Of a stretch of DNA of 64,000 nt, positions 1-10,532 are shown piece by piece. The notes under the pieces were generated by a model. That model was given only the letters and a program-made list of their open reading frames with translations. It did not search any database and was not told the DNA's origin. Each line of letters begins with the position of its first letter. The first letter of the stretch is position 1. The position numbers and the translations under genes are program-made. This DNA is from Felis catus (lineage: Eukaryota), in the NCBI RefSeq assembly GCF_018350175.1, contig NC_058373.1, positions 115,942,001 to 116,006,000 of the forward strand, in the 5' to 3' direction.

Positions 1-300
1 AAGAGAACATGTTGACATAGCCTAACTACAGCTCTCTATTAGCAAGTGATAAAATTAGGCACTTGAAACTCTCACAATGAAAAAAAAACACATAAAAACA
101 AGGTACAGAAATGCTGAAGATCACTGGACATTCTGAGTAACTATAAATGAGAATACATTTCTATTAAGTGTGCTAGACCCCCATTTGGTTAATATAGAAA
201 AAGGAATCTCAAAACACTTCCCTTTAAAAATCAGGTATATGCAAACAAAAATAACCCTAGGTGAAAACGATTAGGAACATATTACAGTTAGACATCTTTT

Positions 301-528
301 TTTTTTATTCTTTTTTTTTTTTTTTAACGTTTATTTATTTTTGAGACAGAGAGAGACAGAGCTTGAACAGGGGAGGGTCAGAGAGAGAGGGAGACACAGA
401 ATCGGAAATAGGCTCCAGGCTCTGAGCTGTCAGCACAGAGCCTGACTCGGGGCTCGAACTCATGGACCGTGAGATCATGACCTGAGCCGAAGTCAGATGC
501 TTAACCGACTGAGCCACCCAGGCGCCCC
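301..528 (-). mobile_element. CanSINE (SINEC_Fc-like) in MED6 intron 1
   Basis: tRNA-like head ggggcgcctgggtggctcagtcggttaag, (CT)n, A tail. TSD tac(a/g)gttagacatctttt at 283-300 and 529-546. Confidence 0.95.
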
Positions 529-1399
529 TACGGTTAGACATCTTTTGAGGAAAGCCCTTTTGCTTTAATTGGCTAGGGGTAAGAAGGCTTGCATCTAGGT
601 ACAAAAATCCACTTCCTTAAAGGAAAAGTACACAAAGTTTCAAACGGAAGTAAATATAGATTGAGAGTTTCTTACAGGTGTAAGAAGTTTTGTGGAAGCC
701 ACCACCACAACAGTAAAAAATAAAGATATTCACGGACACTCTCTCACTCTCAAATTTTTCTCGTTCTCATGAAGATTAACTTCCATGATACCTCCTCCCA
801 AGGGGGAAGCTGGTCTGTTTGGAACGAAATTCTCACGCTTCAAGCTATATTTTCACTCTTTGAAATTCCAGAGCACAATTCCTAGACTTCTTTCTTTTTC
901 TTTTCTTTTCTTTCTTTCTTTTTTCTTTTTTTTTTTTTTTTTTTACAAATTCAATGAAAAAGATGTGTGTACGTGTGCTGGGGAGAATGTATAGCCTAAT
1001 TTACACGGAAATCAAATAGCAATTAAGGGATGTTGCCTCCCTGTCTATATTCACTGATTCAACAAATACCTAAGCACCTTTACAGTTCAGTTGTGAAAAA
1101 GGACCGATCCTTGCGGTCAGTAATTGTGGTGTGTTCTACGGCAGGTATTAGAGACTCAAAAAGAAAACCTTCGGGATTCACGCCCAGGGACACGTGGGGC
1201 GCAGTGTCAGGAATAAGGCAGCTCCCACGCCCAGTCCCAAGAGATGAACCAACTCACGTCATCCCACCTCTCGGCCCAAAGGCCACCCCTTCACCTGGAC
1301 AAAACAGCCCCAGTCTTGTTGGAGAGCGTGTCTGCAACAACACTGCAGGTCTGAGGGCAAAGCCCAGAGCTTCCAACCCCTTCGTTTTGAAGCTTCTAA

Positions 1400-1950
1400 G
1401 AGACCGCTGAGAAGCTGGGGAGAACGAATTTCGCCAGATCAGAGCCTTGGGAGTTACCACAAACGAACCTGAACCTTGCCCCCGCGAGCTACAAACCCCC
1501 AAACCAGCTCCCAGCCAATCAGGAAACAAAGGGTAACAGCGCCGGTTACCTCGGATATCCACGGCCGCCATAATCCCAAAAGCGCTCGCGGGTTCTCTTT
1601 CCGGCGTGCAGTAGAAACGTAACAGCTCCGACGACGGAAGCGGCGCGAGGCTGACTGCAGGGACAGCGAGGAACGCCAGGCGGAGACTGCGCGGCCAGGA
1701 GAGCGGCCTGGGGAGGGGAGGGGCAGGGAGGAGGGGGCGGGGCTGGGGAAGAGAGGGGAGGGGCCGGGCTGGCAGGTGAAGGAGCGGGAAAGAGGTGAGG
1801 GGCGGGGCCGGGAAGTGGAGCGGGGCGGGGCGAGAAGGAGGAGAGACAAGGAGCAGAAGAGGCGGGGAGAAAGCACTACCGGCGGAAAAAAGTGGGGAGG
1901 CTTTGAGGAAAACGAGACTGAGCCGAGTCCTGCCTCTCGCCAACCACTGA
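1400..1950 (-). promoter_or_regulatory. CpG-island promoter of MED6 with GC boxes and ETS-like sites
   Basis: Dense CpG. GGGGCGGGG (Sp1/KLF) at about 1735, 1799 and 1822; CGGAAG/GGGAAGT ETS-like cores at about 1635 and 1810; CCAAT at 1515-1519; no TATA box seen. Confidence 0.8.
1550..1571 (-). CDS. MED6: Mediator complex subunit 6, coding part of exon 1 (MAAVDIR + 1 nt, phase-1 intron follows)
   Basis: The minus strand reads ATG GCG GCC GTG GAT ATC CGA G|GTAACC. MAAVDIR matches the recalled N-terminus of mammalian MED6 (MAAVDIRDNLLGISW). There is a GT donor at 1549-1548, the exon sits in a CpG island, and MED6 neighbours TTC9 head-to-head in human. Confidence 0.9.
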
Positions 1951-2964
1951 GAGATTCGAAAACTGGACCTTGATCTTTTGTGATCGTTAAAAAAAAAAAA
2001 AAAAAAAAAATTCTGACCCAGAGGTTGGGGGGGTGGTGCATCTTCAATTTTAAAAGGTCCCTGGGGTGTATCCAGGGGCTGTTAGATTTAGGAGCGAGTA
2101 CGCCGTTGTTTTTAATCCTGCAAGTGTGGGATGCTACAGAACTAAGCGGAAACAATTTGAGACTCATTAACTTTTAAGTGACTAACCTCATTAAAAGTCT
2201 AAACCCATTAAATAAATTCTTAGGTGCCTCAGACAAAAATTTCACAAGACTGGAAATGTTTCTGGAGTGAGATATTAACAACATTAAAAGAAAGGGAATA
2301 CCTCTTGGTCCCTGACTAAGGGTTTAGTGTCTGCATTCCAGGTAATCTGGGGTAGGAAGTAAGCCCATAGAGAGGGAATCATTCTGTGATAGGGGAAGCC
2401 ATAGAAAGCCTCAGAAAGATTCTCAAGCTCCAGTGTGGCCCCTTAAAAAGCAAGATGATGAGGGTATCTACAAGTAAGACACTGATGTGGAGAAGAGAAC
2501 CCCCAAATCTAACGGAGCCCTATATACAGAGATGAAGTGTGGGTGTATATATCTTCTCCAAAACTTAGATACTATGAGAGCTCCCCCAGAATTTACAATC
2601 CAGGAGCAAAGGGGGAGGATCATGAATTTACAGGGATTTTTCACCTCATCTGCTGGGAATTCAAAATTTTTAAATCTAAGTAGAATAAAAAAATACTGCA
2701 TTGCTCTCTTACAGTTCAATTTTTGAACTGGGCTTTTATACCAGAGGTGGTATGTATATAAGTGTCCCAACAGAAGTATGCACTTGCACAGAACAGAGTT
2801 TTTTAAAAAATGGATTTTTCCAGGAGGAAATTTTCAGGAGAGACTGGTGGGGGTCCTGGTGGAGAGGGCCTTCCAAAAAGGGGGAACATCGTGTCCAATA
2901 AACAGAAGTGTGAAACATCAAGCTTTTGGTTTTGCTGGTTTTGTTTTCTGGGGTTTTTATTAGG

Positions 2965-3700
2965 AGAAAAGGAGATTAGGAAAAAGAGCACCAGAACATG
3001 GGTGTGCAGATAATAAAACACATGGTAATCATGGTAAGTCAGACCTAGGAGCTCAGCCTTTATCTTGTAGCTGGTGGGAGAAATGTGATTGGGCTCTATT
3101 TTAGAAAGATTATTCAAGGAGGATGAGTTGGAAGCATTTATAAGACTCAAAGCAGGGAGGGGCGCCTGGGTGGCGCAGTCGGTTAAGCGTCCGACTTCAG
3201 CCAGGTCACGATCTCGCGGTCCGCGAGTTCGAGCCCCGCATCGGGCTCTGGGCTGATGGCTCGGAGCCTGGAGCCTGTTTCCGATTCTGTGTCTCCCTCT
3301 CTCTCTGCCCCTCCCCCATTCATGCTCTGTCTCTCTCTGTCCCAAAAATAAATAAAAAACGTTGAAAAAAAATAAAAAAATAAAGACTCAAAGCAGGGAG
3401 TCCATTTAGAAGAAGGTTGCAAACTAAATCATGTCTACACTCATACAAAGGCAACAGTAGCTGAGGGAGAATGAAGGATTACAGATATTCAGGAGATAGA
3501 ATGGGCAGGGAATCAATGACTAACAGATGAGCGTGATGAGGGAGAGAGAGAAAATAAAAATGATTCCCAAGATACTGATTTATAAGACTAGATGCCATTA
3601 ATTGGATTAGGAATGACAAGCAACAAGTGAGTAGGTGAAAAAAGCGGTAATGATTTATTTTTGAACATGTCTATATCCATGTGCATGAAGTCTCTGCAGG
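2965..3700 (-). mobile_element. Degraded LINE-2 fragment containing a SINE
   Basis: Purine-rich L2-antisense phrases (ctttatcttgtag, agatattcaggagatagaatg, aatgattcccaag, ttttgaacatgt). Confidence 0.5.
3159..3382 (+). mobile_element. Young CanSINE
   Basis: CpG-rich full-length copy with a perfect TSD aagactcaaagcaggga at 3142-3158 and 3383-3399. Confidence 0.95.
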
Positions 3701-3714
3701 ACTCTCTGTACTCT

Positions 3715-3827
3715 ACGGTTTCTCAGCCCTCGCACGGTTGACATTTTGGGCCAGAAAATTCTTTGCTGGAGATACAGAGAGCTGTCCCGTGCCTTAAAGG
3801 ATGCTTAGCAGTATCGCTGTCTTCTAG
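3715..3827 (-). mobile_element. Partial MER20-like fragment
   Basis: ggtttctcagccctcgcac..ttgacattttgggccaga...ggatgcttagcagtatc resembles the reverse complement of the MER20 3' half. Confidence 0.55.
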
Positions 3828-3877
3828 TTTTTCCCAGCTTCTCAGGCATCTCTTAGAAGCTTTAAAATGAAGGGGTT

Positions 3878-4092
3878 AGAGGTGCCTGGGTGGTTCAGTC
3901 GGTTAAGCATCTGACTTGGTTTCAGCTCAGGTCACCATCTCATAATTTCAAGTTCGAGCCCTGTATCAGGCTCCATGCTGACAGTGTGGAGCCTGTTTGG
4001 GATTCTCTCTCTCTCCCCTTCTCTCTGTTCCTCCCTTACTCGTGCTGTCTCTGTCTCTCTCAAAATAAATTAGTAAAACTTAAAAAAAAAAA
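3878..4092 (+). mobile_element. CanSINE
   Basis: ggtgcctgggtggttcagtcggttaagc head, (CT)n, A tail. Confidence 0.9.
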
Positions 4093-5309
4093 TGAAGCAG
4101 TTGGAGGAAGCTCTGGGCTTTGAGCCCTCAGACCTACAGTCTACAACAAGACTGGAGCTCTTCCATCCAGGCCAAGGGATGGCCTTTGGGCAGAGAGGGG
4201 GGTGGGGTGACGTGATCTGGTTCATTTCTTGGGACTCGGCGTGAGGGCTGCCTTATCCCTGACATTGTGCCCCACAAGTTCCTGGGCATGATTGCTCAAT
4301 GGAAATGGATTTATGAAAAGTGACAAGAAAACTCCTTAAAATCTCTCTTGACCTTAGAACAATGTAGAACAACTTCCTTTATGCTATTGTTCTGGAAATG
4401 CACGGAATAAAAAGATACACACATGGTTATGTTTTGTGTGGTATCCTACCAGAAAAGTGTTCTAGCAAGTATTAAATGTGTGGGTTTTTTTTTTCTCTCT
4501 CTCTCTCTTATTTAGTGAGGAAAAAGTCAGCTACTTCATAACATAGACCAAGACAGGAAATTACCTCAGAATTACTTAGGAGATATCTTTGAAAAGTTAC
4601 CCTAGAACCTCTGAGAATGGTCCTGATGGTCCAGGGAGAGATATGGTACCAAATATTTTGTAGTTTAAGGGTTGTGAGAACATCTACACCACCCTTCATG
4701 GAAAATACCAAAACCTGACGTGGGCAGCAGCTCAAAAAAATCTGATTACTAAGAGTTCAATACTAGAATCCCAGATAGAGAGCACAGATAAGCTTAGCAC
4801 AGAAGAAATAGAATCCTTCCAAGAACCTCTCCTTGGATTTTTATTCCCGTTGCAGGACAACAGCCATGTCTCCATGAGGTTGTATAGCACTAAACCTCAT
4901 AAGACTCACGGAGCATCAAAAAGCAATAGCAAAGGTGGACTAAATTGATCAGACTCCAATATGGCATTCAAAGACTGCTAACAATCCTCACACCAATTGG
5001 GTCGAGTATGCCCCTGAAATGCTTGGCTAATTCTGGTGCAAAGCAAAGGACGTATTCCAAGGAAGATCCTTGATTACTGAACACTGATTACGGATTACTG
5101 ATATGGCAGGTAGGGCCCCAACAGTGATACTGAAAGTCAAATTGCTATATCTTAAGTGACTATCCCAGCAAATTTTGGGAAGGGGGTGGCTGTGGCAATA
5201 GCTTGGAAATCGGCTGGTAGATCTTGCTTATTCTTAGGGTCCTGCAAATAGAGGATTAGGTGGTTTCCCAAACAGGATGACAAGGGAGAAGAAAATAGCA
5301 ATTCCTAGA

Positions 5310-5990
5310 CTTTATTAGTAATAGAATTCTTCACAGTATTCTCATCTTGTCTTTTTGATCTAGGCTATTTCTGCACGTATGTCCCCATTTCTAGCCAATT
5401 ACTTTTTTCTTCTCTTTTTTCATGATTCATGTCACCAAAGGTTTATCTAATTTGTATATATTTTAAAGAAAAACTTTTAGTTTTATGAACTTGCTCTATT
5501 GTATCTTTTTGTATTTCTCTTATTTTTGCTTGTGTTTTTATTCTTTCCTTCCTTCTATTTTCTTTGGCTTTACTCTGTTGATCTTTTCCTAATTTACTGA
5601 GATAAACATTTAGCTCATTAATTTTCAGCTTCTATTCATTTCTTAAATAAGCATGAAAGGCTATAAATTTTCCTTGGGGAAACATTTTCATTGTATACCT
5701 CAAGATGTGATGTATAGTGTTTTCATTATCATTTGCTCTAAGTGTTCATTAAGTTCTAATTCAATTTCTTCTTTGACATATGAGCTACTTATAAGTGTGT
5801 TTTTAACTTCCATATATATAGAATTTTTAACCTATCTTTTTGTTTTAACTTCTAACTTAATTGCATTATTCTCAGAGAACATGTTCTACATAATGCCTAT
5901 TCTTTAATATTTGTTTAGATTTGCTTTATGCCTCATATGATCATGAGTGCTTAAGAGGAAATGTACCCTTTAAGTGTTGGACACAGAATC
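5310..5990 (-). mobile_element. L1 ORF2-region fragment (antisense)
   Basis: T-rich tract with L1-typical phrases (aaaggtttatctaatttgt, ggctataaatttcc, ttgcattattctcagagaacatg). Confidence 0.7.
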
Positions 5991-6019
5991 TGGAAGCATG
6001 AGATACCCCAGCTTCTCAA

Positions 6020-7010
6020 AATTGTCTTTCCTGGTCTCCATGGCACTACCTGCTTCTAGTATTCTGCTGCTTCTCAGACCATTTCTTTTCTTTTTCTTTT
6101 AAAATTTTTTAAATGTTTTATTTGTTTTTGAGAGAGAGAGAGAGACAGAGACTGGGAGTGGGGGAGGGGCAGAGAGAGAGGGAGACACAGAATCTGAAGG
6201 AGGCTCCAGGCTCTGAACTGTCAGCACAGAGCCAGATGAGGGGCTCAAACCCACGAACCGTGAGATCATGACCTGAGCCGAAGTCGGACACTCAACCGAT
6301 TGAGTCACCCAGGCACCCTAGACCATTTCTTTTCTATCTCTTACATTGGGTTCTCTTCCTTTGTTTTACCCACAAAATTCTCGAATCCTTAGTTCCATGC
6401 CTTATCTCTTCTATCTTCTTGTTTTTTACTCTCCTCTCTAGAAGATCTAATTCATACTGTGGCTTCAGCTTCTGTGTGTTATCAGGGTTTACAAAGTAGC
6501 CTAATCCAGACCTCTCTTCTGAGTTCCAGAAACGTATTTGCAATCTCCACCTGGACAGCGCCAACTTGCTGTTCTGTGTCCCAGGTGGCAAGATTTTCAC
6601 CCTTGCCTGTATTCTTGCTCCTGGCCAAGAAGTCTTGCCTCCCCTCTTCCTTGCCACCTGTATCCAGTGTACCACCAAATCCTGTCCATTCTCCACAGGC
6701 TCCTGTCCTGTATGAGGCTTCTCCTTGGCATCACCACTGCTGCTCTTCTAATTTCAACACCCCATCTGTCTTGCCTGAACATTGTTGCTAGGGGAATTTT
6801 ACCCTTAAAAGAGCTTTCTTGTTCTAAAATCTCTGACTCCCTATTTTCTGCCCAAAGGACACAAGTGGGCCCCAGTTTGCTTTACAGCTTTAGCTCTCAA
6901 CCCCAAACCACCACTCTACACACTGAACCCCTACAACACTGAGCTTCTCGTGGATTCTGGAACTGCACAGGATGTTTATGTCTTTGACCCCTTGGAAATG
7001 GTTCCATCTG
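6020..7010 (+). mobile_element. Degraded LINE-2 fragment containing a SINE
   Basis: atccagacctctcttctgagttccaga...atctccacctgga...caccaaatcctgtccattct. Confidence 0.55.
6092..6319 (-). mobile_element. CanSINE
   Basis: TSD agaccatttcttttct at 6076-6091 and 6320-6335. Confidence 0.92.
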
Positions 7011-7024
7011 GAAACTTTGTGGGT

Positions 7025-7370
7025 TTTTTACTTTGTTTGTTTGTTTGGTTGGTTTGGTCTTGTTTTAGGTAGGCTCCACACCCAACGGGGCTAGAACTCA
7101 CAACCCTAAGATTAAGAGTCATGAGGGGCACCTGGGTGACTCACTAGGTTAAGTGGCCAATTTTGGTTCAGGTCTTGATCTCACATTTCATGAGTTCGAG
7201 CCCCATCTCAAGCTCTGTGCTGACAGTGCAGGGCCTGCTTGGGATTCTCTCTCTCTCCCTCTCTCTCCACTCCTCCCCTCCTCACTATCTCTCTTGCTCT
7301 CTCAAAATAAATAAACTTAAAAAAAAAAAAGAGTCATGTGGTCTACCAACTGAGACAGCCAGCTGCCCCC
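7025..7370. mobile_element. Plus-strand CanSINE (7124-7328) nested in an older minus-strand CanSINE
   Basis: TSD aagagtcatg at 7114-7123 and 7329-7338; host SINE sequence continues on both sides. Confidence 0.85.
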
Positions 7371-9989
7371 CCTCCCCGACCTGGAAACTTTGAATGCTAT
7401 TTTCTCCCTTCCCTCACTCACACCCTAAGCCCAATATACAGGAGGGCAAATGTGTATGCACATACATGCATGAGCGCACACACACACACATACACACACA
7501 CACCTGGAAAAACCTCCTCATGTGTAAGCAAGATTAGAATGAAGAAGAAAGTTTTTTTTAAGTTTCTTACTCTGCAGATGTTGACAATTAGGGACTAATG
7601 TGATTTTAGTTAGAGGAGAGTAGGTGAGTAGGGAGAAGGCAGGGAATGGTTAATAATACCTATATTGGCAAATAGTCCCCTTCTCTTCATTTTCTCTCTG
7701 CTGACTTGTTAGGAAATTTTCTTAACTCCCCATGAAATGATAACACGTTCATTTCCACTTCTCCTCAGACACCTAATTGCCTAGCCTTTTAGATGATTGG
7801 ATGACCCTGTCTCCCAATCCACTTTCATGTTACTTTCTCTTGGGATCGGTTGCCTGGTAACTCTGACACCAGGTTTGCCTTCCTAGTAATTATGCTCTTC
7901 ATATTCTCCAAAATTTATCTCCTGCTGAGTTTTTCCATGGTTTACATTTTATTTGTTTCTAAATCTAAAATGTGTGGACATAAAAAATAATTATATTTTC
8001 TCAGGGCCATGTACAGTGTATATTTATGTGATAAGACTTACCAAATCCTCATTGGTAGGAAGAAAGTTTCTGGGATCATTTTCCATTTCCTACCAGAGAA
8101 AGTGACCCTTTCCTTCACAGATCTTTGTCCTTGTGAGTATGGATTTATGTGGACCTGACATGTAATGTGAGCTAATTCTTTACTTTCGTGTGAGTGCTCA
8201 AGTATAAGATTCAGTGTCCTTTCAAAGATCCAGATTAAAAGAAGATAAAAACTTGACTTAAAAACAGAAAAAAATGTTTCAAATAACAGAGTTTGTAATA
8301 CGGCAACTTTTTTGTGTGTCACCAGTCCATGCCATGAGTTATTCCCAAATTATACACACAAAGAAGAGTAGCAATGCATATACGATTTGGATATACAGTA
8401 TACCCATGTAAAATGTAAAACATATTGCATATGTGTGCTAACCTCCAGGGCTTTGTATCTTATTTTAGTTTGCTATTTTTTAATGATTAATAGAGGATTT
8501 ATCTTCACAATAATACATATAGTCATCATGGCCAGGCTTACTATGAGGTGTTAAATATTTGATCCAATTTTCTTTCCTGAATAAGTTTTTCTTTCCTCTG
8601 TCAGTTTTGAAAACATAATACCAGAAGCAAAGGGGCCAAATTCCAAACTGAACTCCTAAGAATGAGGTCTTGGGAGTGGATCTGAAATGGAATAGACATT
8701 TGCTGATCTTGTGCGGGTCTGATGAATTAAAGCAGGATCTTTGATGAGCCCTTGGTAGCTGGGGTTGTACCAGAACAGGTATTCCTGTTTAAGTCAGGAT
8801 CTTAAGCCAACCACGGCCTTGTGGCTTCCATGATTTCCCAAGATACGTCATATTCAGCTAGGTCGAGGATATCAGGTGCATGGCCAGGCATAACGGTTTG
8901 TTGGGACTTTGTATTTTAGTATGCCATACACTAACCTGAGAATATCTCTCGGTTTCACGGACAGATCACTCAAAGAAACAATTGGTCTTCCTAGTATTCA
9001 TTCATCTATTCATTTTTATTTATCCATTCACTTGTCAGTAGTGGGTGGCATGGAATGACCTTGTGAACCAATATTGTAATACACAGAGAAGAGTGATGTA
9101 ATAGATGTTATTATAGGTTTGTAGAAGACAACTCAACTGTAAAGTTCCTGCTGAGCTGTAGAATAATGGGGGAAGGTTTCTATTCTGTTCTTAACATGTT
9201 TAAAATTGTATTTTTAGATGAATAAGACATAGTTGTACACATCTATACACTCAAAGATGAAACAAGAAATTCACAATTAATTTTTGCTGCAAATTCTATT
9301 ACCCCTCTTGACAGAAAACTGTATTTACATACAAGAGTTGATCAGATCTAGATTAGAAATCACAATAAGATATGTGGTGTTTTGATATAAAATGGAAATA
9401 AATTTGACTTTGATGTGTAGTTAAAATTGAAATAAGTCAAATTTAAAATTAGAATGGATAAGTCAAAAATGGTATTAACATCACACTTGTGTGTAAAAAT
9501 CCGTAAAAATACTTGTGTTTATACAGACACAGCGAACATAGGTAGAAAGAATTTACAAAGGTTGAGTCTTTAAATTACTTGATTATGTCAATGTTGCTTA
9601 TTATTAATGCAAAGCACTAAAAATACCTGGCTGGATTCTAAGAATCCCCAAATTACAAAAGCTTGATCCTGGCTTAATAGTTCTTGCTAGAATTAAACTT
9701 ACAATATCAATATCACATGACAGCTCAATATAATTTGTTCAACCATACTCCATAAAATATGGCTCTGGTAAATATCAAGGAATGAATAAACTAGAATTGC
9801 TAGTTAAGCTAAAACATAACAAAGTTAAAATGCAACTGAATTGGAGGAAATGTTGACAAAAGTAGAAATAATAGTTAACATTTATGTATGAATTACTTAC
9901 TGTATATCAGGCAGAGTGCTGAGCGCTTAAAGATTGATGTGATTGGGACTCCCAACAACCTCATGCATAGTTACTATTAAATCTCCAAC

Positions 9990-10146
9990 TCAAGAACCGA
10001 AGGGTAGAATGGTGGTCCCCAGGAACTGAGGGAAATGGGGAGATATTGGTCAAAGTATATAAACTTTCAGCATGACGGTTATAGTTAATAATACTATATT
10101 ATATACTTGGAATTTGCTAAGAGAGTAGCTCTTAAATGTTTTCACT

Positions 10147-10181
<35 letters not shown>

Positions 10182-10532
10182 AAGGTAACTGTGAGGGGGC
10201 ACCTAGGTGGCTCAGTTGGTTAAGTGTCCAACTCTTGATTTCAGCTCAGGTCACGATCCCAGGGTCATGGGATTGAGCCCCACGTCAGGCTCCATGCCGA
10301 GCAAAGAGCCTGCTTAAGATTCTTTCGCTCTCTCCCACTGGCCCTCTCCCCAGCTCTCTCTCTCTCTCTCTCTAAAAATTAAAAAAAAAATTTAAACAAA
10401 GGTAACTGTGAGGTGATGGATGTGCTAACTTGATTGTGTAATCACTTCACAATGTATATATATGTTAAATCATCACATTGTACAACACAGATATATGTAG
10501 TTTCTATTTGTTGATCATGCCTCAATAAGGCT
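9990..10532 (+). mobile_element. L1MA-type 3' end containing (CA)n and a SINE insertion
   Basis: gtagaatggtggt...gagatattggtcaaagtatataaactttcag...tttgctaagagagtag...aaatcatcacattgtac...cctcaataaggctgg. Confidence 0.75.
10196..10395 (+). mobile_element. CanSINE
   Basis: TSD acaaaggtaactgtgag at 10179-10195 and 10396-10412. Confidence 0.92.

Noticed and set aside
335..604. Recurrent ORF family GAWVAQSVK...SAQVMIS...SLSQK (many copies across the window)
   Set aside because: These are translations of CanSINE sequence, not a gene family.
1254..2167. 229-aa and 237-aa minus-strand ORFs
   Set aside because: These translate the G-rich promoter; only the embedded MAAVDIR is a real exon.
3159..3245. 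tRNA-like A/B boxes at SINE heads
   Set aside because: They are tRNA-derived SINE promoters followed by (CT)n and A tails, not tRNA genes.
4664..4948. 94-codon stop-free plus-strand stretch (FKGCENIYTTLHGKYQNLTW...)
   Set aside because: No early ATG, no convincing splice signals and no protein I recognise; the length is compatible with chance. A TBLASTN/Dfam search of 4510-5300 would settle whether it is a decayed ERV or pseudogene.
6553..6562. REST/RE1 right half-site GGACAGCGCC in an L2 fragment (weaker one near 47930)
   Set aside because: The left half (TTCAGCACC) is absent at canonical spacing, so it is insufficient to call.
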